DNA of 37,806 bases, taken from positions 1-37,806 of the forward strand of contig CAYTSY010000012.1 in NCBI GenBank assembly GCA_964440555.1. The letters run 5' to 3'. Below are positions 1 to 8,184 of this stretch, one piece after another. Made by a program: the position numbers and the translations under genes. Under the pieces are notes generated by a model. That model did no database searches and was not told the origin of the DNA. It was given only the letters and a program-made list of their open reading frames with translations. Position 1 is the first letter of the stretch. Each line of letters starts with the position of its first letter. This DNA comes from an uncultured Desulfobacteraceae bacterium (GTDB lineage: Bacteria; Desulfobacterota; Desulfobacteria; Desulfobacterales; UBA5616).

Positions 1-224
1 GTCTTATTCCCATCATGTTCAGCCACGGCACGGGCGCCGATGTGATGAAGCGGATCGCGGCGCCGATGGTAGGGGGCGTTATTACCTCAACTATCCTCGA
101 GCTGGTTATCTATCCCGCCATCTATATGGTCTGGCGGGCCAGGGAATTCCGCCCCAGGAAAAGCGCCGGGAAATTCAGCAACGTCAACTTTCAGGAAGAG
201 GTGAATGCTTTTAACGCCGATTAA
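1..224 (+). CDS. 3' end of a CusA/CzcA-family heavy-metal efflux RND transporter; the 5' part lies upstream of the window
   Basis: Frame 3 is open from the window edge. The translation LIPIMFSHGTGADVMKRIAAPMVGGVITSTILELVIYPAIYMVW matches the conserved last transmembrane segment of CusA/CzcA-type pumps (recalled family motif ...GxGxxVMxRIAAPMxGGxxT...). Stop TAA at 222-224. Confidence 0.85.
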   Translation, partial: LIPIMFSHGTGADVMKRIAAPMVGGVITSTILELVIYPAIYMVWRAREFRPRKSAGKFSNVNFQEEVNAFNAD

Positions 225-307
225 TACCTATATTTTTCGAGAAGTTAGCAAATTAACCTTTTTGGTTCCAGCTAGTCCGGTTAGGTTTAAAAAATAAAGG
301 AGATACT

Positions 308-1372
308 ATGAAGAGCATTAAAGTTTGTTCAGTTTTCTTTATTATCACGTTAGGTTTGTTTGGCTATATGGGTAACAGGCTTTTAGCAGCCACGTCTTTA
401 CAACAAGAGCCGGTTCAGGGAACCGTATGGGTTGCTAATGAAAAAGGGAATAGCATTACCGTAATAAATGCTGGTACCAACAAAGTCGTTGCCACACTTA
501 CCGGTATTGAAGGACCTCATAATCTTCAGGTATCACCGGATGGCAATAGTATCTGGGTTGTCAGCGGGCATATGTCTCAGGCGATTATGATTGATGCTGC
601 AACATATAAAGTGCATGGTGTAATCCCTACGGGGAAACAGCCAGCCCATATTATTGTTACTCCTGATGGAAAGACTGTTTATGTAACCAACGGCGCCGAT
701 AATTCTGTCAGTGTTATTGATGTTGCCATGATGAAAACCATTACTACAATACCGGTTGGACAGTATCCGCATGGGCTTCGTCCCAGTCCTGATGGAAAAT
801 GGGTTTATGTAGCTAATATAAGCAGTAACACAATAAGTGTATTTGACACAAAAAGCCAAACTAAGGTTGCTGATATAAAAGTCGGTCAAAAACCTGTACA
901 GATTGGCTTTTCACCGGACAGCGAATTTGTTTATGCTTCGCTTAATGCCGATGACGCTGTGATTAAAATTGATGTGGGAAAACGTATTCCTGTCGGAAAA
1001 GTTAGAGTCGGAGTCGGGCCTGTCCAGGTTTTTGTTACGCAGGATAACAAGTATGTTGTGGCAGCCAATCAGGGAACTAAAGACAAACCGAGTAATACGA
1101 TTTCAATCATTGATACAGCCACTTTTTCAGTTGTAACCACAGTAAAAACTGGCAAAGGGGCTCATGGGGTTGTCGTTGAACCATCCGGCAGATATGTCTA
1201 TATTACCAATATTTATGGAAATGATGTGAGTGTGATTGATCTTCTAACTCGTAAAGTGGTTGCAACGGTTCCGACAGGAGATGAGCCAAACGGAATCAGT
1301 TTTTCCTCTTTTACAAATGTTCCATCTTCAGCAGCGATCGTTCCTCTTATGCTGGATAATATGAAGCAATGA
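308..1372 (+). CDS. Secreted YVTN-family beta-propeller repeat protein
   Basis: 354-aa ORF with an AAAGGAG RBS just upstream and an N-terminal hydrophobic signal-like segment. It has repeated ~40-aa units carrying the YVTN signature (TVYVTNGADNSVSVIDV, WVYVANISSNTISVFD, YVYITNIYGNDVSVIDL). It is visibly more AT-rich than neighbouring genes. Confidence 0.85.
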   Translation: MKSIKVCSVFFIITLGLFGYMGNRLLAATSLQQEPVQGTVWVANEKGNSITVINAGTNKVVATLTGIEGPHNLQVSPDGNSIWVVSGHMSQAIMIDAATYKVHGVIPTGKQPAHIIVTPDGKTVYVTNGADNSVSVIDVAMMKTITTIPVGQYPHGLRPSPDGKWVYVANISSNTISVFDTKSQTKVADIKVGQKPVQIGFSPDSEFVYASLNADDAVIKIDVGKRIPVGKVRVGVGPVQVFVTQDNKYVVAANQGTKDKPSNTISIIDTATFSVVTTVKTGKGAHGVVVEPSGRYVYITNIYGNDVSVIDLLTRKVVATVPTGDEPNGISFSSFTNVPSSAAIVPLMLDNMKQ

Positions 1373-1438
1373 AGCAAAGCATACCTGACAGTGCGCTGCA
1401 TCCGGCCGGCTAAAGCCGCTGGTAGGCTTTCACGGTAG

Positions 1439-1582
1439 AATTTCAAAACTGGGACTCAATACCTTGACCTTGCCTATGAGAAATGGCACAAGGAAAAGAA
1501 GGCGCAAAGTACAGGCGATCTCCGTGAAGCGATCATGCGTGGCGCCGTAAATAGGATACGGCCTAAAATTATGACCATATGA
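1439..1582 (+). pseudogene. Remnant of an RND (CusA/CzcA-like) transporter gene
   Basis: A short open frame bounded by TAG 1436-1438 and TGA 1580-1582, with no credible start or RBS. It translates to ...STGDLREAIMRGAVNRIRPKIMTI*. This is the conserved GAVxRxRPKxMT segment that in CusA-type pumps lies about 10 residues N-terminal to the region encoded at 3-224. More than 90% of a pump gene is missing. Confidence 0.5.
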
Positions 1583-1606
1583 AACGTGAATAAGAGATAA
1601 AGGATC

Positions 1607-4081
1607 ATGTCCAATCAGCCTCTTGACGATATCAAGGTGATCGAGTTAGCGACCATGGTTTCCGGCCCGTATTGTGCCAAGCTGCTGGCGGACCTGGGAG
1701 CGGATGTGATAAAAGTCGAGTCCCCGCAGGGCGACCCGGCCCGATCGTTTGGCCCTTTTCCCAAAAGCGGCCCCCATCGGGAGCGCAGCGCCCTGTTTCT
1801 TTACAACAACACCAGCAAACGGGGAATAACGCTTGATTTGAGGACTTCCGAGGGTATCGTCGAATTCAAACGCCTTATTCAATGGGCCGATGTTTTAATC
1901 GACAACCATCCGCCGGATGTACTTGAAAACGCAGGGCTTGGCTGGGAAACGCTTCACCTGATGAATCCGGCTCTGGTTTACACTTCGATTACGCCATACG
2001 GGAGAACCGGCCCACGGGCGGGATTCAAGGCCGGCGAACTGACGATAATGCATGCCGGAGGATTGGCCAACCTCTTGCCGGCCCGTTCGGTTGACGTGGA
2101 TCATCCCCCGGTCAAGCTGGGAGGCTTTCAGGCTGCCTATCATGGCGCCATCGCCGCGGCCCTGGCCACACTGGCGGTCGTAACAAACCGGTCGAAAACA
2201 GGGGGAGGCAAACTGATCGATATTTCTTTGCAGGAAGTTATTCTGGCCATGGTTTCGCCGAATGTTTCCAGCAGCCGTTACCATGATGCCACCTGGAGCC
2301 GTGTTCCGGACAGGCCTCCGGCCATGGGCCGGATGGAGACTAAGGACGGTTACATTCAATTCGGCGCGGCTGACGACCATCACTTCAGGGCCTTCCGGGA
2401 AGCGGCGGGAAAACCGGACTGGCTTGCCGGGGATGAATGGGACAACCGGGATTACCGCTTCTTTCATTTGATGGACATTGCGCCTCAGATGGACGCATGG
2501 ATGCTTGAACAAAAAAAAGAAGACCTGCACCAATCCCTCGGTAAAAGAGGCATCCCCATTGGCCCTCTCAATACGGCCAAAGAAGTGATGGAAAACCGTC
2601 AGTACCTGGCCCGGAAATATTTTGTTGAAGTGGACCACCCTGAAGCGGGAAAATACGCCTATCCCGGTTGGGCATATCACATGTCCGTCTCCAGTCCGGC
2701 AATCAGCAGACCAGCGCCCTTGCTGGGCCAGCATAACGAAGACGTCCGTAGCGGACTGCCTGTCAACGATCCTGCAATCGATACGCGTCGACAATCTCGC
2801 ATATCTCCTTTGCGCAGCGGCACTGTGTTGCTTCCGTTGACCGGAGTTCGCGTGCTTGACTTCAGTTGGGTTTACGCCGGCCCCTATGCCTGCATGCTTT
2901 TAGCGCAACTGGGCGCGGAAGTGATCAAAATAGAAGGCCACAAGCGGTCTGATTTAACGCGGCGGGCCGTGATGTGGCCCCAGCAGGAGACCGGCCCCAG
3001 TCTGCTGCTCCCAAACCAGGGCATGCCCTACAATGTCCTTAACCAGAATAAAAAAAGTCTGACCCTTGATCTCAGCAGACCGGAAGGCGTTGCGCTTGCC
3101 CGACGGCTTGCAGCCAAAAGCGACATCGTTATTGACAATATGCGGCCGGGCGCCATGTCTAAACTCGGGCTCGGATATGAGGATTTAAAGAAGATACGGC
3201 CCGACATCATCGATATCGTGCTTTCCAGCAGAGGGTATAACGGGCCTGAAACGGATTATCTCGGGTTTGCCGTCATCCATCAGGCGATCGGCGGTCTTGC
3301 CTATATCTCGGGATATCCGGACGACCATCCGACCCATGGTTCCGGAGGCGATGCGGACATTATGAATGCCCTTCTCACGGCGTTCATGGCCGTGACTGCG
3401 CTTCATCATCGAAACCGGGCCGGAGAGGGACAGTTTATCGATATCTCTCAATGCGAAAGCGTGACGTCTTTAATCGGGGAGACTATTTTAGAATACCAGA
3501 TGACCTCAAAAATTCCCCGGCGCTTGGGAAATGCCCACCCGTATTTTGCGCCGCACAGCGTTTACAGATGCTGGGGCGTGGATCGTTGGCTGGCCATTGA
3601 GATCCACACCGATGAAGAATTTTGCATTTTTGCAGAAGTCATCGGCCGGCCGGACCTTTCCGCAGACCCGCGCTTTGCCGATATGGCGGCCCGTAAAAAT
3701 AACGAGAAGGAACTCGATGCCATAATTCTTGAATGGACCCGCCAACGGGACCGTGACTGGATGGTGAATGAGCTGTGCAAAGCCGGTCTGGCCGCAGCCC
3801 CGTCCCGGGATGCCAAGGATCTGTATGCGGACCGTCATCTCATGGCCCGAAACGCCTTTGTGAAAATCATTCATCCTGAAATCGGAGAACTCGAATTGAT
3901 CGCTCCCCCGTTTAAAATTTCCGGTATCGAAATGAAAGCGGCATGTGCGCCTATGCTGGGAGAACACAATGAAAGCGTTCTCAAAGAACTGCTTGATCTG
4001 AGCGACGTAGAAATCATGGCGCTGCGCAAAAAAGAAATCATCATGCAAGACGGACAAAGCAGCCGGCCCCTTGATCGATAA
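1607..4081 (+). CDS. Tandem-fused family III CoA-transferase (two CaiB/BaiF-type domains in one 824-aa chain)
   Basis: There are two copies of the family III N-terminal signature. One is at aa 8-38 (DIKVIELATMVSGPYCAKLLADLGADVIKVE) and one at aa 414-443 (VRVLDFSWVYAGPYACMLLAQLGAEVIKIE). Each is followed by about 400 aa of CoA_transf_3-like sequence. RBS AAAGGA lies upstream of the ATG. Confidence 0.9.
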   Translation: MSNQPLDDIKVIELATMVSGPYCAKLLADLGADVIKVESPQGDPARSFGPFPKSGPHRERSALFLYNNTSKRGITLDLRTSEGIVEFKRLIQWADVLIDNHPPDVLENAGLGWETLHLMNPALVYTSITPYGRTGPRAGFKAGELTIMHAGGLANLLPARSVDVDHPPVKLGGFQAAYHGAIAAALATLAVVTNRSKTGGGKLIDISLQEVILAMVSPNVSSSRYHDATWSRVPDRPPAMGRMETKDGYIQFGAADDHHFRAFREAAGKPDWLAGDEWDNRDYRFFHLMDIAPQMDAWMLEQKKEDLHQSLGKRGIPIGPLNTAKEVMENRQYLARKYFVEVDHPEAGKYAYPGWAYHMSVSSPAISRPAPLLGQHNEDVRSGLPVNDPAIDTRRQSRISPLRSGTVLLPLTGVRVLDFSWVYAGPYACMLLAQLGAEVIKIEGHKRSDLTRRAVMWPQQETGPSLLLPNQGMPYNVLNQNKKSLTLDLSRPEGVALARRLAAKSDIVIDNMRPGAMSKLGLGYEDLKKIRPDIIDIVLSSRGYNGPETDYLGFAVIHQAIGGLAYISGYPDDHPTHGSGGDADIMNALLTAFMAVTALHHRNRAGEGQFIDISQCESVTSLIGETILEYQMTSKIPRRLGNAHPYFAPHSVYRCWGVDRWLAIEIHTDEEFCIFAEVIGRPDLSADPRFADMAARKNNEKELDAIILEWTRQRDRDWMVNELCKAGLAAAPSRDAKDLYADRHLMARNAFVKIIHPEIGELELIAPPFKISGIEMKAACAPMLGEHNESVLKELLDLSDVEIMALRKKEIIMQDGQSSRPLDR

Positions 4082-4113
4082 TGCGTTGAACCTTCAGCCT
4101 TCTCAGGCATTAT

Positions 4114-5439
4114 TTACTCATTTTTCAGCAGCCCCTGTCCTGTAGCTTCCAGAACGCTTCTCCAGAGCATTCCCTGCGGATCCACCTGCTTGCGTTTTCC
4201 CACGGTGGCATCAAAAGGGATATGGACAAAATGGTCATTCCAGTGGCCGATCAGCATTCTGGTTTTTCCGGCCACCCCCGCATGAACCGCATTTCTACCC
4301 AAAAAACTGCAAAAGACGCTGTCATTGGCATTGGCAGGGAGGCTTCGGATCATGTAACTCGGGTCGATGTATTTCAATGATGTCTCCACCTTTTTATCAT
4401 TAAAATACCGGGTGATCTCTTCTTTGAGATACATGCCGATATCCTTTAAGCGGACATTGCCGGATTCGTCGCAGTTAAGGGTGTCGCATTCAAAAAATTT
4501 CTGGCCCGCGCCTTCGGCAACAACGATCACCGCATGATTTCTGGCTTTCAGGCGTTTTTCCAGGCTGCTCAATAAGCCATAGGGACCCTCTAAGTCAAAA
4601 TCAATTTCCGGTATTAAAACAAAGTTGACGTCCTGCTGAGCCAGGGCCGCTGTTGCTGCAATAAACCCGGAATATCTCCCCATGAGTTTGATCATACCGA
4701 TTCCGTTGGGATAACTTTCAGCTTCATTATGGGCGCCGATAATCGCCTGGGTGGCGACATCCACCGCCGTGTCAAAACCAAAAGACTTGGATACCATAAA
4801 AATGTCGTTGTCGATCGTCTTGGGGATGGCGATCACGCTGATGTTCAACCGTCTTTGGGAGATAAATTCCGCGATTTTCGAGGCAGCCATGATGGTTCCG
4901 TCCCCACCGACCATGAACAGGATGGACACGTTCATTCTTTCCAGGCAATCAACAATTTCATCAATGGGCTGAGGCCCCCGTGAAGATCCGAGAATCGATC
5001 CCCCCATCTGCAGAATGTTAGTCACCGCCTGCGGTTTGAGTTCGATGAAGTCATGCCCGAACTTGGGAATAAAACCCTGGAGACCGTAACGGATACCGAA
5101 AATGTGCTTTACCCCGTATCCGTAGTAAAGTTCCAGAACGATGGCGCGGATAATGTCATTTAATCCCGGACACAGCCCGCCGCAAGTGACCAGGGCGCAT
5201 TTGAGCTTGCTGGAATCAAAATAGATTTTCCCCCTCGGCCCGGCCATCTCAAAGGAGGGGATAGGTTCGCCGCTTTGGATTTGCCTGGTCAGGCTGCCGG
5301 CATTCACATCCAGCAATATCCGGTCCTCATCGGAAACAAAATGAATGATATGGGAATTGTTTTCCTCCATTTTCACGGGGGAGGAAATTTTTGCTTCCCC
5401 GAGGGAGGCGATCTGTGTGGAAATGGATCCGTAGTTCAT
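4114..5439 (-). CDS. pfk: 6-phosphofructokinase (long PfkA-family form)
   Basis: Motifs TCGGLCPGLNDIIR, MVGGDGT and IPKTIDNDI are present. The ORF is open to 5493, but ATG 5439 (MNYGS...) is preceded by an AGAGGA RBS and is the more likely start. Confidence 0.88.
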   Translation of the reverse strand: MNYGSISTQIASLGEAKISSPVKMEENNSHIIHFVSDEDRILLDVNAGSLTRQIQSGEPIPSFEMAGPRGKIYFDSSKLKCALVTCGGLCPGLNDIIRAIVLELYYGYGVKHIFGIRYGLQGFIPKFGHDFIELKPQAVTNILQMGGSILGSSRGPQPIDEIVDCLERMNVSILFMVGGDGTIMAASKIAEFISQRRLNISVIAIPKTIDNDIFMVSKSFGFDTAVDVATQAIIGAHNEAESYPNGIGMIKLMGRYSGFIAATAALAQQDVNFVLIPEIDFDLEGPYGLLSSLEKRLKARNHAVIVVAEGAGQKFFECDTLNCDESGNVRLKDIGMYLKEEITRYFNDKKVETSLKYIDPSYMIRSLPANANDSVFCSFLGRNAVHAGVAGKTRMLIGHWNDHFVHIPFDATVGKRKQVDPQGMLWRSVLEATGQGLLKNE

Positions 5440-5534
5440 GGTGTCCTCTTTGGGCGGCATATGGATCAATCGTTTTGGGTTATTTTTACGCAATTAAACC
5501 GAGAGTCAATCTCTCTCACTCTTCACTTTTCAGG

Positions 5535-6515
5535 TCAGCCGGGTTTTCCGTTAAATTTGAACTCCCCTTTACCTAAAATATCGTGCAAATGCAATATCCC
5601 GCTGACTTTTCCTTCAGGATCGGTTACCGGCAAAACCGTTATCTGGTAATGTTCCATGATGTTGAGCGCATCGAATGCAGGCGAGTCCGGTTTCACGGAT
5701 TTGGGATTCCGGGTCATCACCTCCCCGATACGCAAGTCAAATACAGGCTTTTTGCCGGCCACCAGCCGGCGGATATCGCCGTCTGTTATTATTCCCTTCA
5801 GATTTTTATTTTCTGAGAGGATAAAGGCCGCTCCCAATCCTGCGCGGTCAATTTCCTTCACCACGTCTTCCATGGACTGGTTTTCAAAAGCCAGAGGGAT
5901 TGCATCTCCGGACAACATCAAGTCGGAAACGCTGTCGGCCAGCCGCTGGCCCAGGCTCCCGCCCGGGTGGATTTTTTTGAAATCGCTGGTCTGAAATTGA
6001 TTTTTGTTGATGAGAACCACGGCCAACGCATCACCCATGGCCAGCATGGCGGTCGTGCTGGCCGTCGGCGCCAGACCCAGCGGACAGGCCTCTTTTTCCA
6101 CGCCTACATCAATGACGATGTCGCTGTGCCGGGCCAGATTGGAATGAAGATTTCCGGTAAAAGCGATAATTTTGCAGCCGATTTTTCCAATACTCGGGAT
6201 CAGGATATTTAATTCGTCGGTTTCCCCGCTGTAGGAAAGGGCCAAAAATATATCTTCCTTGGACACCATCCCCAGGTCGCCGTGCATGGCCTCCACCGGG
6301 TGCAAAAAAAGCGACCGCGTTCCGGTGCTGTTTAACGTGGCAACAATTTTTCTTCCGACGATTCCGGATTTTCCGATTCCGCTGACAATGACCCGCCCTT
6401 TGGAGTGGTATATGGCGTTCACCATGTCTGAAAAACCTGCTCCGATTTTTTGGGTCAGATGTAAGATGCCGTCCGCTTCAATTTTAAGAACTTCAATGGC
6501 CTGGTCGATTATCAT
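5535..6515 (-). CDS. kdsD: KpsF/GutQ-family arabinose-5-phosphate isomerase (SIS domain plus CBS pair)
   Basis: 326 aa. The SIS motif GRVIVSGIGKSGIVGRKIVATLNSTGT is present. The C-terminal tandem CBS region (VMTRNPKSV..., ITVLPVTD...) is typical of KdsD/KpsF. Confidence 0.9.
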   Translation of the reverse strand: MIIDQAIEVLKIEADGILHLTQKIGAGFSDMVNAIYHSKGRVIVSGIGKSGIVGRKIVATLNSTGTRSLFLHPVEAMHGDLGMVSKEDIFLALSYSGETDELNILIPSIGKIGCKIIAFTGNLHSNLARHSDIVIDVGVEKEACPLGLAPTASTTAMLAMGDALAVVLINKNQFQTSDFKKIHPGGSLGQRLADSVSDLMLSGDAIPLAFENQSMEDVVKEIDRAGLGAAFILSENKNLKGIITDGDIRRLVAGKKPVFDLRIGEVMTRNPKSVKPDSPAFDALNIMEHYQITVLPVTDPEGKVSGILHLHDILGKGEFKFNGKPG

Positions 6516-6674
6516 GTTTTATTCATGTTCCCGGATAAAAACAGTTTTCATTCAAGGATGGTTGCACCCTTTGCGCATGATTATTTCAGCGTATCCTAAT
6601 TGAAACTGTTTTTTTATTCAAACTGAAAATTACGCTACCGGGTAAAATGGACGAATGTCACCGGCATGGAGGGG

Positions 6675-8126
6675 TCACTTTGGATGGTTTGCCGTTTCCG
6701 CCGCCGATTCCCATCCGCCGCCGAGCGCTTTGTACAGTTGAATCAGATAGGCAATGACCGCACCCTGACTTTCGGTTGTCTGATCTGCGATGGACAGCAG
6801 GGATTTCTGGGACTCCAGTACGCTTTGAAAGTCGATTAAGCCCGCTTCATAACGGGCCAGGGCCAATTCCATGGTTTCGGACGCCGATTGCCCGGCTTTA
6901 TTCAAGGATGCCAGACGCTCCTGCTCCCGGGTAAACGCCGTGAGCGCGTTTTCCACTTCTTCCAGGGCGGTCAAAACGATTGACTGATATTGGAAAAAGG
7001 CCTGGTCGGCGACCGCTTCCTGAGCCTGTTCCGTCCGTCGCAATGCGTTTGCATCAAAGATCCGCCATGACAGGCGGGGGCCGAAGCTGTGGGTGCGGCC
7101 GTTCCCGGCAAACAAATCGCCTGCGGACAGGGCTTCCAAACCGATGGATCCGGCCAGGATCAGTTTGGGGTAGCGCTGGGCACGGGCAACGCCGATTCTT
7201 GCCGTCTGGGCGGCGAAGTTTCGTTCCGCGGCCCGGACGTCGGGCCTTTGCAGCAAGACCTCCGCCGGGATTCCCATGGCGATATCCAAAGCAGCGGCGG
7301 GGATTGTGTCAGCGTCTGCAAGCGTCTTGTCCACGGCCCCGGGAAAGTCGCCCAGAAGGACGGCTATCCGGTTTTTTGCCTGTGCAAGGCCTGTATGTAA
7401 AACGGGGATGCCGGATTGCGATACTTCCAGATTGGTTTTGGCCTGATGCACCGCGACGGCGTCGGCTGTGCCGGCCTGGTATTTGGTCCGGGCCAGATGT
7501 AGAAGGTCTCTCTGTTTTTGAAGGGTTTTTTCAGCCGTCAACAGCCGGGCTTCAAAGGTCCGAACATCTGAGTAATTTAAGGCCACCTCCGAAATCAGGG
7601 TGACCATAACGTTCCCATGGGAATATACGGCAGCATCAAGGTCCGCGGAAGCAGCCTCTATCGAACGCCGGACCCCGCCGAACACATCGATCTCCCAGGC
7701 GGCATCAAAACCTGCGGAATACAGCTCTCGTGTGGAGGCCTGGCCCATATTGGCGCTACTGCGGCTTGTGGTTTGCGAAACCGCCATATCGATTACGGGG
7801 AAGCGGCCGGCCAGGCCGATGCCTCTTCTGGCCCTTGCTTCCCGGATCCGGGCCACGGATTCTTTAACATCCAGGTTGTGGGTAATCGCCCGCTCAATAA
7901 GACCGGACAAGACAGGATCATTAAAATGCATCCACCATCGGGAAAGAGATCCCGCTTCGGGGGTTTCACGCGATTCGTCCTGAATTGCGGCGGCATGCCA
8001 ACGGGAGGGGACGTTCAATTTCGCCGGGCTATAATCCGGACCCACTGCGGCGCACCCCGTCAGAAGAAGCGTTGAAATCAGTGCTGCCAGGACCGGCCAG
8101 TTGATTGGGATCTGTTTTACTTTCAT
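6675..8126 (-). CDS. NodT-family outer-membrane efflux lipoprotein (OMF/TolC-like)
   Basis: Lipobox LLTGC follows a signal peptide, and the two-repeat OEP architecture ends with a conserved ALGGGW C-terminus. The ORF track starts at 8207, but that extension only translates the heptamer repeat (ELKAESLKLKVES). ATG 8126 (MKVKQIP...) is the plausible start. Confidence 0.88.
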   Translation of the reverse strand: MKVKQIPINWPVLAALISTLLLTGCAAVGPDYSPAKLNVPSRWHAAAIQDESRETPEAGSLSRWWMHFNDPVLSGLIERAITHNLDVKESVARIREARARRGIGLAGRFPVIDMAVSQTTSRSSANMGQASTRELYSAGFDAAWEIDVFGGVRRSIEAASADLDAAVYSHGNVMVTLISEVALNYSDVRTFEARLLTAEKTLQKQRDLLHLARTKYQAGTADAVAVHQAKTNLEVSQSGIPVLHTGLAQAKNRIAVLLGDFPGAVDKTLADADTIPAAALDIAMGIPAEVLLQRPDVRAAERNFAAQTARIGVARAQRYPKLILAGSIGLEALSAGDLFAGNGRTHSFGPRLSWRIFDANALRRTEQAQEAVADQAFFQYQSIVLTALEEVENALTAFTREQERLASLNKAGQSASETMELALARYEAGLIDFQSVLESQKSLLSIADQTTESQGAVIAYLIQLYKALGGGWESAAETANHPK

Positions 8127-8145
8127 ATCATTTTTCAACCATCCG

Positions 8146-8180
8146 CTTTCAACTTTCAACTTTAAACTTTCAGCTTTCAA
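8146..8180. repeat. Five tandem heptamers CTTTCAA (minus strand TTGAAAG) in the permease-to-OMP spacer
   Basis: Read directly: ctttcaa ctttcaa ctttaaa ctttcag ctttcaa. The array lies between the macB-like stop (8185) and the OMP start (8126). Confidence 0.9.
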
Positions 8181-8184
8181 CTCC

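Noticed and set aside
1483-1500. Sigma54-type -24/-12 promoter matches (TGGCAC at about 1484, TGGCAA at about 11672, TGGTAT at about 23447).
   Set aside because: None has the required GC dinucleotide (TTGC) at the correct 10-11 nt spacing from the GG.
1895-2794. Long antisense ORFs opposite well-supported genes. Examples: 1895-2794(-) 299 aa, 33438-34328(-) 296 aa, 36255-37094(+) 279 aa, 24903-25622(+) 239 aa, 13711-14424(-) 237 aa, 6980-7603(+), 31005-31628(+), 17995-18603(+) and 19549-20148(-).
   Set aside because: Each lies entirely inside a gene on the other strand that has clear family motifs. Their translations are Arg/Gly/Pro/His-rich low-complexity sequence, typical of antisense frames in GC-rich DNA. 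None has a recognisable motif or RBS.
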